DNA of 64,000 bases, taken from positions 1,467 to 65,466 of the forward strand of contig JAJYPL010000004.1 of NCBI GenBank assembly GCA_021795355.1, given 5' to 3'. This DNA comes from a bacterium. GTDB lineage: Bacteria > SZUA-79 > Acidulodesulfobacterales > Acidulodesulfobacteraceae. Every line of letters starts with the position of its first letter. Position 1 is the stretch's first letter. A model generated the notes under the pieces. The model ran no database searches. It was not told where the DNA came from and saw only the letters and a list, made by a program, of their open reading frames with translations. Below are positions 1 through 8,182 of the stretch, one piece after another. The translations under genes and the position numbers were made by a program.

Positions 1-80
1 TAAAAATAATCATTAAAAATATTGCCGCTATAAATTACGAAACAAATTAAATTGCAGGTAAAGAGTAACAAATTTATATT

Positions 81-1064
81 ATGGAACGTACTAAAAATTA
101 TTTGAAATTTTCATTGTTCCTGCTTCTTATTTTAATCGATGCCGGAAATATTAATAATAACGCAAATGCCGCAACCGTGTCTAATTTTAAGGTCGGAAGG
201 ATGCCTTACGGACTTGCGGTAGGCAAAAAAAATAATGTTTATGCCGCTATAAGCAGTTTTAATAATGTGGTTGAACTTAACCAAAACGGTAAATTAATTA
301 AAAATATTATTGCGGACTGGGCGCCTTCAGGGATTGTTATAAATAAAACCGGCTATATTTATATATCGACAGGCATAGGAAATGTCGTAAAACTTAATAA
401 CAAAGGTCAAATTCTTAAAAAGGTAAAAGTTGGAGTTATTCCGGCAGGAATCGCCGTTGGACCCGATGGAAATATTTATGTAACGTCCATACATTCTAAG
501 ACCGTTACTAAATTAAACCCGGCGCTTAAGATTTTAAAGGTTTTTTATGCCGGTATTGCACCATACGGTATAGTTTTAAACGATAACGGTTTTATATATG
601 TTACGAACTTCGTAAACAAAGGTACCGTTACCGTATTAAACAGAAGCGGAAAAATAATAAAAGTATTCAATGCGCAAAGAAAACCGGAAGGCATTGCGAT
701 AGGTCCTTCAGGCGATATATATGTTACGAACGGGTTAAGCGGCAGCGTTTTAAAATTTGACGCAAACGGGAAAATTTTAAAAAAATTTCACGTAAAAGGA
801 GCGCCTTACGGAATTGCTCTAAGCACTACCGGAAGCATGTTCGTTGCCTGCATATATGCCGATAAAGTAGTGAAATTAAGCCGTTCGGGCAAGGTTTTAA
901 ATACCTATAAAACCGGGAAAAATCCTAATTTTATACTAATAGATAATAAAGGCAATGTGTGGACGGCAAACAGCGGAGACGGAACCGTAACTAAAATTAG
1001 CGGCGCAACCCGCGGAAAAGAGTTTTTCCCGTATAATGGGCCGATTTGGCAGGAAAGCTTTTAA
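81..1064 (+). CDS. exported beta-propeller repeat protein (NHL/YVTN-like repeats)
   Basis: Hydrophobic N-terminal signal-like segment ending ANA. Seven reiterations of a ~40-aa unit (P.GIA...G.IYVT....V.KL...GK.LK). Confidence 0.6.
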   Translation: MERTKNYLKFSLFLLLILIDAGNINNNANAATVSNFKVGRMPYGLAVGKKNNVYAAISSFNNVVELNQNGKLIKNIIADWAPSGIVINKTGYIYISTGIGNVVKLNNKGQILKKVKVGVIPAGIAVGPDGNIYVTSIHSKTVTKLNPALKILKVFYAGIAPYGIVLNDNGFIYVTNFVNKGTVTVLNRSGKIIKVFNAQRKPEGIAIGPSGDIYVTNGLSGSVLKFDANGKILKKFHVKGAPYGIALSTTGSMFVACIYADKVVKLSRSGKVLNTYKTGKNPNFILIDNKGNVWTANSGDGTVTKISGATRGKEFFPYNGPIWQESF

Positions 1065-1107
1065 TTTAATTTCTAATTTAATATCTTAAAAGAAAGGAGG
1101 GATTTAA

Positions 1108-1368
1108 ATGGCTGAAGAAAAAAGTTTAGAAAACGTAAAACCGGATGAGACATTAGACGTGTTAGGCGAAACATGTCCTATTCCGGAAGCTATGGCGCAT
1201 AAAAAGCTCAACAAAATGAAAGTGGGGCAGGTGCTGGAGATTTATACCGATCATGCGGCGGCGGTTGAGAATTCGTTCCCGTCCATGCTTAATAAGTTAA
1301 ATTATCCTTACTGTGTAACAAAGACCGGTCCCGGTGAATTTACCATTAAAATTAAAAAAACATCGTAA
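1108..1368 (+). CDS. tusA: TusA/SirA-family sulfur carrier protein
   Basis: 86 aa. LDVLGETCPIPEA contains the CPxP active-site motif of TusA. Strong RBS aaaggaggg upstream. Immediately precedes a YeeE-family gene. Confidence 0.8.
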   Translation: MAEEKSLENVKPDETLDVLGETCPIPEAMAHKKLNKMKVGQVLEIYTDHAAAVENSFPSMLNKLNYPYCVTKTGPGEFTIKIKKTS

Positions 1369-1426
1369 GCCGTATTTTAACCCAGCTATAATTTAACATA
1401 TACAAAGAGAGGGAGGTATTAAAACG

Positions 1427-2605
1427 ATGAATCCTTATTTTCTCGAATACACTATAATAGGTATTGCGGGCTTAATTTTCGGGGCAGCGCTCGAAAGAGG
1501 TAGAATGTGTTTCGTGCTTGCAACTAATAATATATTCATGGCAAAAGATACAAAAATTTTGGAAGGCATATTACTGGCATTTGGAATTTCTATTCTTGCT
1601 TTCGGCATCATAGAATCCGCAGGAATAGTTCCGATACAATCCGCAGTTCAAGGCGTGTTTCCCGCAGGATGGTATGATTTAGTCGGCTCTCTTTTGTTTG
1701 GATTCGGCATAGGGCTTTGCGGAGCATGCATGAGCGGATTAATATTCAGGGCAGGTTCCGGATTTACCCAAAACTGGATGCAATTATTCGGAATACTTGT
1801 CGGAACGATATTCTTTGCTTTCATAATATTCCCGCTGACTAATTTTCTTTACTGGATTTTACACACTATACCGTGGCTTAACTTAAAACCGGGATTTGCC
1901 GACTATATTCCTCATGAATTGTTTGGAAACGCAGTATGGGGACCGTTTGTAACGGCTCTAATTTTCGGCGGCTTGTTTCTCATATTGGGATTATATTTGA
2001 CAAAAAGGAGATTTGGAAAGATAAGCAAAGAACGCGGCGTAAACTATAAAGAACCGATAATAACTTGGGATATGCTAAAATTTAAAGAGGCTTATTCTCC
2101 GAGATTGGGCGGCATATTGTTTGCCGTGGTTGCTATTATAGTTTTTTTAGTCTCTTATTTTACCGTTCATAAAGTTACATATATGGGCGTAACAACCCCT
2201 TACGGCAGTTTCGATACTTATATTTTAGCGCCTTTTATCAATCTATATAATACGGTAGGGCATTATAAAGCATCGTTTTTGCCCAAAATATCGTCAAACT
2301 GGTTTCAGATAGTGCCGGTGGCAATTCCTATGACCTTGCTTGTTATAACTACATTTGCCGGTTCTACCACTACGGCTATTTTAGGCGGGGAATTCAAATG
2401 GAGAGTGCCGAAAAGAAAAATAATGTTTCTTCAAAATTTTATCGGCGGCATTCTTACCGGCGTCGGCGCAAGAATAGCTTTAGGCTGCAACATAGGTACT
2501 TTATGGTCGGGGTTTTTAATGTTTTCTTGGGCAGGAATGTTATTTTTGCCGACCCTTGTTTTGGGAATGTATCTTGCTCTTAAATTTCAACAGGCAATAT
2601 GGTAA
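1427..2605 (+). CDS. yeeE: YeeE/YedE-family sulfur-compound (thiosulfate) transporter
   Basis: Polytopic membrane protein with Cys-bearing motifs GRMCFV, GLCGACMSG and LGCNIGT typical of YeeE/YedE. Paired with tusA as in yeeE-yeeD loci. Confidence 0.8.
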   Translation: MNPYFLEYTIIGIAGLIFGAALERGRMCFVLATNNIFMAKDTKILEGILLAFGISILAFGIIESAGIVPIQSAVQGVFPAGWYDLVGSLLFGFGIGLCGACMSGLIFRAGSGFTQNWMQLFGILVGTIFFAFIIFPLTNFLYWILHTIPWLNLKPGFADYIPHELFGNAVWGPFVTALIFGGLFLILGLYLTKRRFGKISKERGVNYKEPIITWDMLKFKEAYSPRLGGILFAVVAIIVFLVSYFTVHKVTYMGVTTPYGSFDTYILAPFINLYNTVGHYKASFLPKISSNWFQIVPVAIPMTLLVITTFAGSTTTAILGGEFKWRVPKRKIMFLQNFIGGILTGVGARIALGCNIGTLWSGFLMFSWAGMLFLPTLVLGMYLALKFQQAIW

Positions 2606-2649
2606 AAATGAAGTATTAAATTTATCTATACTTTTAAGGAGGAATTTAA

Positions 2650-2946
2650 ATGGCTGCGGCTGACAATATGAAAAAAAGAAAAAATCATAACTGGTGCGGA
2701 ATAACGTTACTGGCTTTATACGGATTATTTACTATATACGCTTCATTTTTCTTATCTTATTTAAATAAAGATAAGGTTATAGGGAAATTATCCAATGAAG
2801 CTATAGCAGGAATAAAAGAAAGTTTTATCTTGTGGGGCGTAATCATGATTATAGGCGCAATTCTTCTTTTAATAAGGGAATATGTGCTGAAATCCGGACA
2901 GGAAGAGGTTAAGGATACGGAAAGCGGGGTATCCCCTCACTATTAA
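2650..2946 (+). CDS. small membrane protein, two predicted TM helices, unknown function
   Basis: 98 aa with two hydrophobic stretches. RBS aaggagg upstream. Same strand, tightly spaced within the sulfur cluster. Confidence 0.45.
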   Translation: MAAADNMKKRKNHNWCGITLLALYGLFTIYASFFLSYLNKDKVIGKLSNEAIAGIKESFILWGVIMIIGAILLLIREYVLKSGQEEVKDTESGVSPHY

Positions 2947-2992
2947 TCTGTTTTGAAATTAAATAATATAATAACGTTGAGGGATTGTATAA

Positions 2993-3298
2993 ATGAAACT
3001 TGCTCTTTTAATAACGACGGATAAATATAAAGATTACGTAGAAAATATCATAAACAGCGCTAAAAAATCAGGTTATGAATTGAAATGTTTTATAATGGAC
3101 GACGGAGTAAATTTATTAAACGATACAAGTTTCGTCGGCAAATTAAAAGAAACCGGTTCGGATGTTTCGCTTTGCGAATATTCATGCGGTATCAGAAACA
3201 TACATGAAAAGATAGAAGGTTTTCTGTATGCTTCCCAGTACGAAAACGCAAGCATAATAAACTCGCTGACAAACGAAGACAGGTTTCTGGTTTTTTAA
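2993..3298 (+). CDS. small DsrE-family protein (DsrE-like paralog)
   Basis: 101 aa. The pattern MKLALLI...G.ELKCFIMDDGVNLL...SLCEYSCGIRNI...DRFLVF parallels DsrE (FFY.DGV, VCVAA..RRGI, DRLVVF). Confidence 0.5.
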   Translation: MKLALLITTDKYKDYVENIINSAKKSGYELKCFIMDDGVNLLNDTSFVGKLKETGSDVSLCEYSCGIRNIHEKIEGFLYASQYENASIINSLTNEDRFLVF

Positions 3299-3310
3299 GA
3301 CGGGGGAAAA

Positions 3311-3583
3311 ATGACTAAAAAGATTGCGGTATTTACGCGCGACAGACAGGCCGAGGCGCTTAGAATGTCCGGAGGACTTACGCTCCTCGACGATAAAGTA
3401 GAAGTATATGTTCTTGATAGAAAACTTGAAGATAATAAGGTTATAAACAAGCATCTCGATATGGTTCAAAATATGCTTGAACTTCCGGTATTAACGAATT
3501 TCAGGGATAACCGGTTCGAATATATATCGAACGAAGAACTGGCGGATAAAATGCTCGAATATGACATAGTTATACCATATTAA
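3311..3583 (+). CDS. small DsrF-like protein (no cysteine)
   Basis: 90 aa, starts 13 nt after the preceding gene. KKIAVFTR...AEALRMSGGL..DDKVEVYVLD resembles the DsrF/TusC N-terminal half. Weak similarity only. Confidence 0.35.
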   Translation: MTKKIAVFTRDRQAEALRMSGGLTLLDDKVEVYVLDRKLEDNKVINKHLDMVQNMLELPVLTNFRDNRFEYISNEELADKMLEYDIVIPY

Positions 3584-3612
3584 TATTAATTACTTATTGC
3601 GGAGAATAAAAT

Positions 3613-3783
3613 ATGAAAATACTTCATGTTTTAAAAAGAGAGCCGTCAAAAACGGAAACTGAAATTATGGAATTGCATTCCAAATCTTACGATACGAAAA
3701 TTATCAGGCTTTATGAGCCAGGAGTAAACTATGACAGTTTTATAACGGACGTATTTAAATACGACAAAATATTTTGCTGGTAA
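3613..3783 (+). CDS. 56-aa ORF, DsrH/TusB-like mini-protein (absent from the supplied track, under 60 aa)
   Basis: ATG at 3613 preceded by ggaga (3601-3605); stop TAA at 3781-3783. Translation MKILHVLKREPSKTETEIMELHSKSYDTKIIRLYEPGVNYDSFITDVFKYDKIFCW. The N-terminus (ILHvlK..P) and the C-terminal W resemble DsrH/TusB. Confidence 0.35.
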   Translation: MKILHVLKREPSKTETEIMELHSKSYDTKIIRLYEPGVNYDSFITDVFKYDKIFCW

Positions 3784-3853
3784 TCCGAAGATAATGTTAT
3801 AATATAATTGTAACAATAAATTTAATGCAAGAATAAAAAAAGGAGTTAAGATT

Positions 3854-4378
3854 ATGAAAAAGTTTATTATCGTAAGCTTAAGCGTAATGTTAATGCTTTC
3901 ATCTGCGGCAGTTTCTTATGCGGGAAATTTTAATCAAATGCTGGCAAAAAAAGCTTATCAGGCATTAAACCCGCGCCATGTGGGCTCAAAACCTAATGCG
4001 GTAGGGGTAGTCGGCGTTCCTCAAATTATGGCGCCGGTGCTTTATAAAGAGTATATTGTAGAACATAACGCGAAACACTATTTTCTTTTAGACGTCAGAG
4101 AACATGCCGCATTCGTGAAAATGGGGCACATAGCGGGCGCGCATAACATACCTCTGCAGGTTCTTTTCACGCCTAAGTATTTAAAAATGCTTCCAAAACA
4201 TAGGACGATTATAAGCATTTGCTACGTGGGACAGTGGGAGTCCATGGCCGCGGCATTATTAAAGACGATGGGCTATAATGTGAAAATATTAAGATTCGGT
4301 ATGTCGTCTTGGAATCCAAAAATAGATTTGCTTCATAGAAATAAAATAGCATTTGGAAACTTTCCGCTTGTACATTAA
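3854..4378 (+). CDS. exported rhodanese-domain sulfurtransferase
   Basis: Signal peptide (MLMLSSAAVSYA). Rhodanese core FLLDVRE...GHIAGAHNIP and a catalytic-loop cysteine in ICYVGQWES. Confidence 0.75.
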   Translation: MKKFIIVSLSVMLMLSSAAVSYAGNFNQMLAKKAYQALNPRHVGSKPNAVGVVGVPQIMAPVLYKEYIVEHNAKHYFLLDVREHAAFVKMGHIAGAHNIPLQVLFTPKYLKMLPKHRTIISICYVGQWESMAAALLKTMGYNVKILRFGMSSWNPKIDLLHRNKIAFGNFPLVH

Positions 4379-4430
4379 TAAAATGAAAATCAAAAAATAA
4401 AATTGAATAGAAATAAGGAGGTGATAATTC

Positions 4431-4646
4431 GTGAAAAAAATTAACAACATTATATTTACCGCCGTGTTAGCTCTGCTGTTTGCATTTGGGATCGGCGCGG
4501 CTTCAGGCTCAAGCGCATATGCTTTTCAAGGCAGCCATTTTATGAAACATTCCGCTTTGACTAAAAAAACTTCAAAAAAAACAAAAAAAGGCAGCGGGAG
4601 CAAGTCAAAAAAAGCTTTAAATAAAATGGGGGCGGGCTGTTTATAA
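4431..4646 (+). CDS. small exported lysine-rich protein ending in GAGCL
   Basis: GTG start with aaggagg RBS. Signal peptide ending AYA. The ~40-aa mature part is very basic, with a single Cys at the penultimate position. Confidence 0.5.
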   Translation: MKKINNIIFTAVLALLFAFGIGAASGSSAYAFQGSHFMKHSALTKKTSKKTKKGSGSKSKKALNKMGAGCL

Positions 4647-4679
4647 TATAATAAAAGTATAATGCAAAAAATTAGCATA

Positions 4680-4710
4680 GAAGGGTGAGAAAATTCACCC
4701 TTCTTTTTTT
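4680..4710 (+). terminator. rho-independent terminator
   Basis: gaagggtga / tcacccttc 9-bp stem with a 6-nt loop, followed by a run of 7 T. Confidence 0.7.
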
Positions 4711-4773
4711 ATTCGGGATATGTAATATAACATAAAATTTATTTTTCATATAAAATAAAAGGAGAAATAATAT

Positions 4774-5301
4774 ATGCGATATTTTACAACGGCAGTTTTA
4801 ATATTTATTACAATTGTTTTTACCGTCGCAGCTTTCGGTATTCCGTCCCATGCTTCTACTTTATCCGCTAAAAAAAGCGCCGCTAAAATTGCGATGATAA
4901 GGAAATATTTCTTATCCCATTCTTTCGATTTCGGTCCGATTTTTTATAAATATCACCCTGGTCCTAATTGGTATCTTCAGCATATTAAAAGCTTGAGGCT
5001 TACCTCAAGCCAGTTAGCAATAATAAAAAAGTTAGATGCCGGAATGATAAAAGATACCGTCATAGGAATAAAGAATCTAAAGATTGCATATTCCAAGTAC
5101 AAAAAAGATTCGATGGAAACTGCTCCAAAAATAAAAACCGTTATAAACGATATAAAAAATATTGGCAAGGCGCAAACTTACCTTGCTTACGAGATGATCC
5201 CGTATCACCTTAAAAGTTATGCCGTATTAACGCCTGCACAGAAAAAAATATTTCAAGATTTAAGAATGACTAAACTAAATGCCGGATGTTTGGCAAAGTG
5301 A
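4774..5301 (+). CDS. exported LTXXQ-motif (CpxP/Spy/ZraP-like) protein ending in AGCLAK
   Basis: Signal peptide ending SHA. Two LTxxQ motifs (LTSSQL, LTPAQK). A single Cys in the C-terminal NAGCLAK. Confidence 0.55.
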   Translation: MRYFTTAVLIFITIVFTVAAFGIPSHASTLSAKKSAAKIAMIRKYFLSHSFDFGPIFYKYHPGPNWYLQHIKSLRLTSSQLAIIKKLDAGMIKDTVIGIKNLKIAYSKYKKDSMETAPKIKTVINDIKNIGKAQTYLAYEMIPYHLKSYAVLTPAQKKIFQDLRMTKLNAGCLAK

Positions 5302-5323
5302 AAAAAAGCAGAATTTCGGATGA

Positions 5324-5511
5324 TACAAAGTTTATTTTCCAACCGCTGATGGAACTATATTTGTTTTAAATAAGGACAATGGCCGTATAATAAGCAAATT
5401 TAATGCGCATAACGGAGGATATGGACCTCAGGATGCCGTTATTATAGGTAAAACTATGATAATAGGAACCAATTTTGGATGGGTTAACGCTATCCCGCTC
5501 TCAAAGTTGTA
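5324..5511 (+). pseudogene. decayed C-terminal fragment of a beta-propeller repeat gene
   Basis: No start codon. Frame 2 reads YKVYFPTADGTIFVLNKDNGRIISKFNAHNGGYGPQDAVIIGKTMI and stops at 5462. The reading continues in another frame as IGTNFGWVNAIPLSKL, ending at TAA 5509-5511. The repeat pattern resembles the ORF at 81-1064. Confidence 0.3.
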
Positions 5512-5554
5512 AAAGTTAAATTCTTTCCTCCGTTAATCGCTAGTTTAGGGGGGC

Positions 5555-5583
5555 TTGACAGCATTATTGCTTTGTGATATATT
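5555..5583 (+). promoter_or_regulatory. candidate sigma70-type promoter
   Basis: TTGACA (5555-5560), 17-nt spacer, TATATT (5578-5583). A second extended -10, TGtTATAAT, lies at 5628-5636. Confidence 0.4.
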
Positions 5584-5781
5584 CAATTTTATAATAAATA
5601 AAGTTTTTTTTATAAAATATTGCTTTATGTTATAATGTATTCCTATTAAGCAGTGCGAAGAGGTAGCGGCTTTTTTTATACTTTGTAAAGATGATTTTGA
5701 TACCTTTGATAACCTTGTACTTGTTCAAGGAATTAGGTGTTTTTAACAATTAAACCTTTTAAAAGTAAGGAGGAAGTCGTT

Positions 5782-6354
5782 ATGGCAGAAGAAAAAAAAG
5801 TTGGCGACCCGACATCGTTGGGTCTATTCGCGTATGGCATAGCTCTTACGCTTTTGGCTACTGTAATCGGGGGATTTGCGGGTCCGTTTAACGGGCTGAT
5901 TTTAGGAACGATTATTTTTACGGGAGGAGTAGGTCTTGTTTTAGCAGGCGTTTACGATTTTATGCGCGGCAGCGCTTTCGGAGGGGTAGCGTTTACGGGA
6001 TGGGGCTTGTTATTCCTAACCGTTTCTACTTTTTTTATTGCAACGGTGATTACAAAAGCCGCGGCTGTTCCTGCGCCCATGTTCGGCGGCTGGTTCCATT
6101 TATTGTGGGCTATCTTTGGCTTTGCAACTTTTTTTGGGGCTAATGTATTAAAAAAATGGGCAATGCTGCAAATTGCCCTCTTTTTAACAAGCGTTTTTCT
6201 TTTAATACAGTCTATAGGACTCTTTACGGGGTCGCTAGCTGGCCTTTTGCCTATAGTAGGAATAGTCGGCATAGTTGCAGGTTTATGCGCACTTTATACA
6301 GCTATAGCCGTATTAATTAACGGAGCGGCTGAAAAAACTGTTCTTCCGGCGTAA
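5782..6354 (+). CDS. GPR1/FUN34/YaaH (AceTr) family acetate/succinate channel-like membrane protein
   Basis: GDPTSLGLFAYG matches the N-terminal NP.sLGL signature, followed by six hydrophobic segments. Start moved to the ATG at 5782, behind the aaggagg RBS; the track ORF begins at 5737. Confidence 0.65.
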   Translation: MAEEKKVGDPTSLGLFAYGIALTLLATVIGGFAGPFNGLILGTIIFTGGVGLVLAGVYDFMRGSAFGGVAFTGWGLLFLTVSTFFIATVITKAAAVPAPMFGGWFHLLWAIFGFATFFGANVLKKWAMLQIALFLTSVFLLIQSIGLFTGSLAGLLPIVGIVGIVAGLCALYTAIAVLINGAAEKTVLPA

Positions 6355-6381
6355 ATGTAAAAAAGATTTATTACCGTTTCG

Positions 6382-6412
6382 GCGGGCATAAAAGTTTCGC
6401 TTTTATGCCCGC
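6382..6412 (+). terminator. stem-loop terminator candidate
   Basis: gcgggcataaaag / cttttatgcccgc 13-bp perfect stem. No clear T-tract follows. Confidence 0.5.
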
Positions 6413-6580
6413 ATCCATATTTATACTCCCTGCTGCAATTATAAAATCATATAAAAAAATATTCCTCGCCCATCTATTTTTTAAATCCGAAAATTAACCA
6501 AAAACCCGTTTTAATTTTATTATTTTAGGTATATAATAATAGGTAAAATTTTAGAAAAATAATTTTACTAACGCAACGCG

Positions 6581-7207
6581 ATGAAAACCGAAATAGAAAT
6601 AGAAAAAAAACTTTTGCTTCATATATGCTGTTCGCCCTGCTTAATGTATCCGTACTCCGTTATTACCTCTGACGCTTCAAATATCCCAAATAGCCGTGAA
6701 AATCAGGATAGACAGTCCTTAGACGGTAAATTTGACAAGATTATAGGTTATTTTTATAATCCTAATATTCATCCATATACGGAATATCTTAGGCGCGAGG
6801 AGTCTTTAAAAAAATTCGGCGAGACCGTCGGTCTCAACGTGATTTACGAAAAAGATTACGATATCGAGGAGTTTATAAGAAACGTGGTTTTCAGGGAAGA
6901 AAACCGCTGCTACTACTGCATCGGCAGCAGGCTGGAAAAAACAGCCGCCCTTGCAAGGTCGTCGAAGTTCACCCATTTTTCGACTACCCTTTTATACAGC
7001 AGGCACCAGGACCACGACTATATAAAAGAAACGGGTTTTAACCTGCAAAAGAAATACGGAGTTAATTTTTATTACGAAGATTTCAGGCAGGGCTATAAGG
7101 AAGGCATAGAACTTTCTCATAGATACGGCTTATACCGTCAAAATTATTGCGGTTGTATTTATAGCGAGAAGGAAAGATTTTTTTCAAAATCTTCAAAATC
7201 TTCTTAG
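6581..7207 (+). CDS. queH: epoxyqueuosine reductase QueH (DUF208)
   Basis: Motifs LLHICCSPC, YNPNIHPYTEY, CYYC and YRQNYCGCIYS are typical of QueH. Confidence 0.75.
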   Translation: MKTEIEIEKKLLLHICCSPCLMYPYSVITSDASNIPNSRENQDRQSLDGKFDKIIGYFYNPNIHPYTEYLRREESLKKFGETVGLNVIYEKDYDIEEFIRNVVFREENRCYYCIGSRLEKTAALARSSKFTHFSTTLLYSRHQDHDYIKETGFNLQKKYGVNFYYEDFRQGYKEGIELSHRYGLYRQNYCGCIYSEKERFFSKSSKSS

Positions 7208-7466
7208 TTATGATACGATTTAAATTTCGAATAATCAAGATAAAGATATAATTACCGATATTATATTTGATAACATATTTACGATAGAGTCCGAAATTTT
7301 TAAATTTATATCTTTTGCCGCCATAGGATGCGGGAAAATACAAAATGATGCAGAAGGCGGTAATTCTATCGAAACAGAAAAAAATAATATTTAAAATAAT
7401 ACTATCGATATTATAACAATACTATAATAAATAAGAACATAATAAAAAAATAGGAGGCACGAATCA

Positions 7467-8171
7467 ATGAAAATTAAGAAAAAAATTACTATATCGCTTG
7501 TTTTAGTTCTCGCAATATTTATTGTATCTTCATCGTTAAGCGGATGCGCTACTTCAAGGGCAACTGCGGCGAGCGGAACTACGGGGGCGATATTCGGAGC
7601 GGGAACGGGGTTTGTAGTTGGAGCGCTTACCGGAGGGCCTATAGGCGCAATAATCGGAACTGCCGCCGGATTGTCTATAGGATACGGCGTAGGTTATGTT
7701 ACCGGAAAATATGTGGTAACGCGCGAAGGAAAGATAAGAGGATTGTCAATGCTTAACGTTCCGTATCGGCTTGCAAGCAACGAATTTATTTACGACCCCA
7801 AAAGCAGCCAAAAAATAAATTTTAACGACGTAAAAGGCGTTCTTATATCGAACTTAAAAATATTTACGGTTCCAAAATCCGTAATAGCGGGCGGCACTAT
7901 AAGCTTAAACATGGAATACGACGTTCTTGGAACGCATATTAACCTCGGCAATTCCGATATTCAGGAAACGAGGATACTTGAAGGTTTAAACGGAAAGATT
8001 TTTTATACTCATACGTCGACTGCCAATATAGTAAGGGAAGGCTACTATAAAACCGTTTTGTCTGTAAAACTTCCTAAGAAAACGCCGAAAATATACATTT
8101 ATGAAGCGATAATTAAAGTAAATAACGTTATAACGGCATTAAGTTCAAAATTAGTTGCGGTAAAAAAATAA
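7467..8171 (+). CDS. lipoprotein with glycine-zipper region, unknown function
   Basis: Lipobox LSGC after a hydrophobic signal. Gly/Ala-rich GxxxG run. RBS taggagg upstream. Confidence 0.5.
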   Translation: MKIKKKITISLVLVLAIFIVSSSLSGCATSRATAASGTTGAIFGAGTGFVVGALTGGPIGAIIGTAAGLSIGYGVGYVTGKYVVTREGKIRGLSMLNVPYRLASNEFIYDPKSSQKINFNDVKGVLISNLKIFTVPKSVIAGGTISLNMEYDVLGTHINLGNSDIQETRILEGLNGKIFYTHTSTANIVREGYYKTVLSVKLPKKTPKIYIYEAIIKVNNVITALSSKLVAVKK

Positions 8172-8182
8172 AGTAAAAAATA

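Noticed and set aside
5584-5781. Possible riboswitch or leader RNA in the ~200-nt region upstream of the AceTr-family gene.
   Set aside because: I could not recognise any known riboswitch consensus or a convincing terminator/antiterminator pair. Only promoter-like hexamers are reported.
6650-6740. Apparent ~15-aa insertion (SDASNIPNSRENQDRQSLDGKF) in QueH.
   Set aside because: I cannot judge this without an alignment. The spacing between the CCxPC and YNPNIHP motifs varies in the family, so it is not reported as a finding on its own.
7544-7756. 70-aa Arg-rich ORF inside the lipoprotein gene, and the 61-aa ORF at 2398-2583 inside yeeE.
   Set aside because: These are alternate frames of Gly-rich or membrane-coding segments, with no independent start signals.
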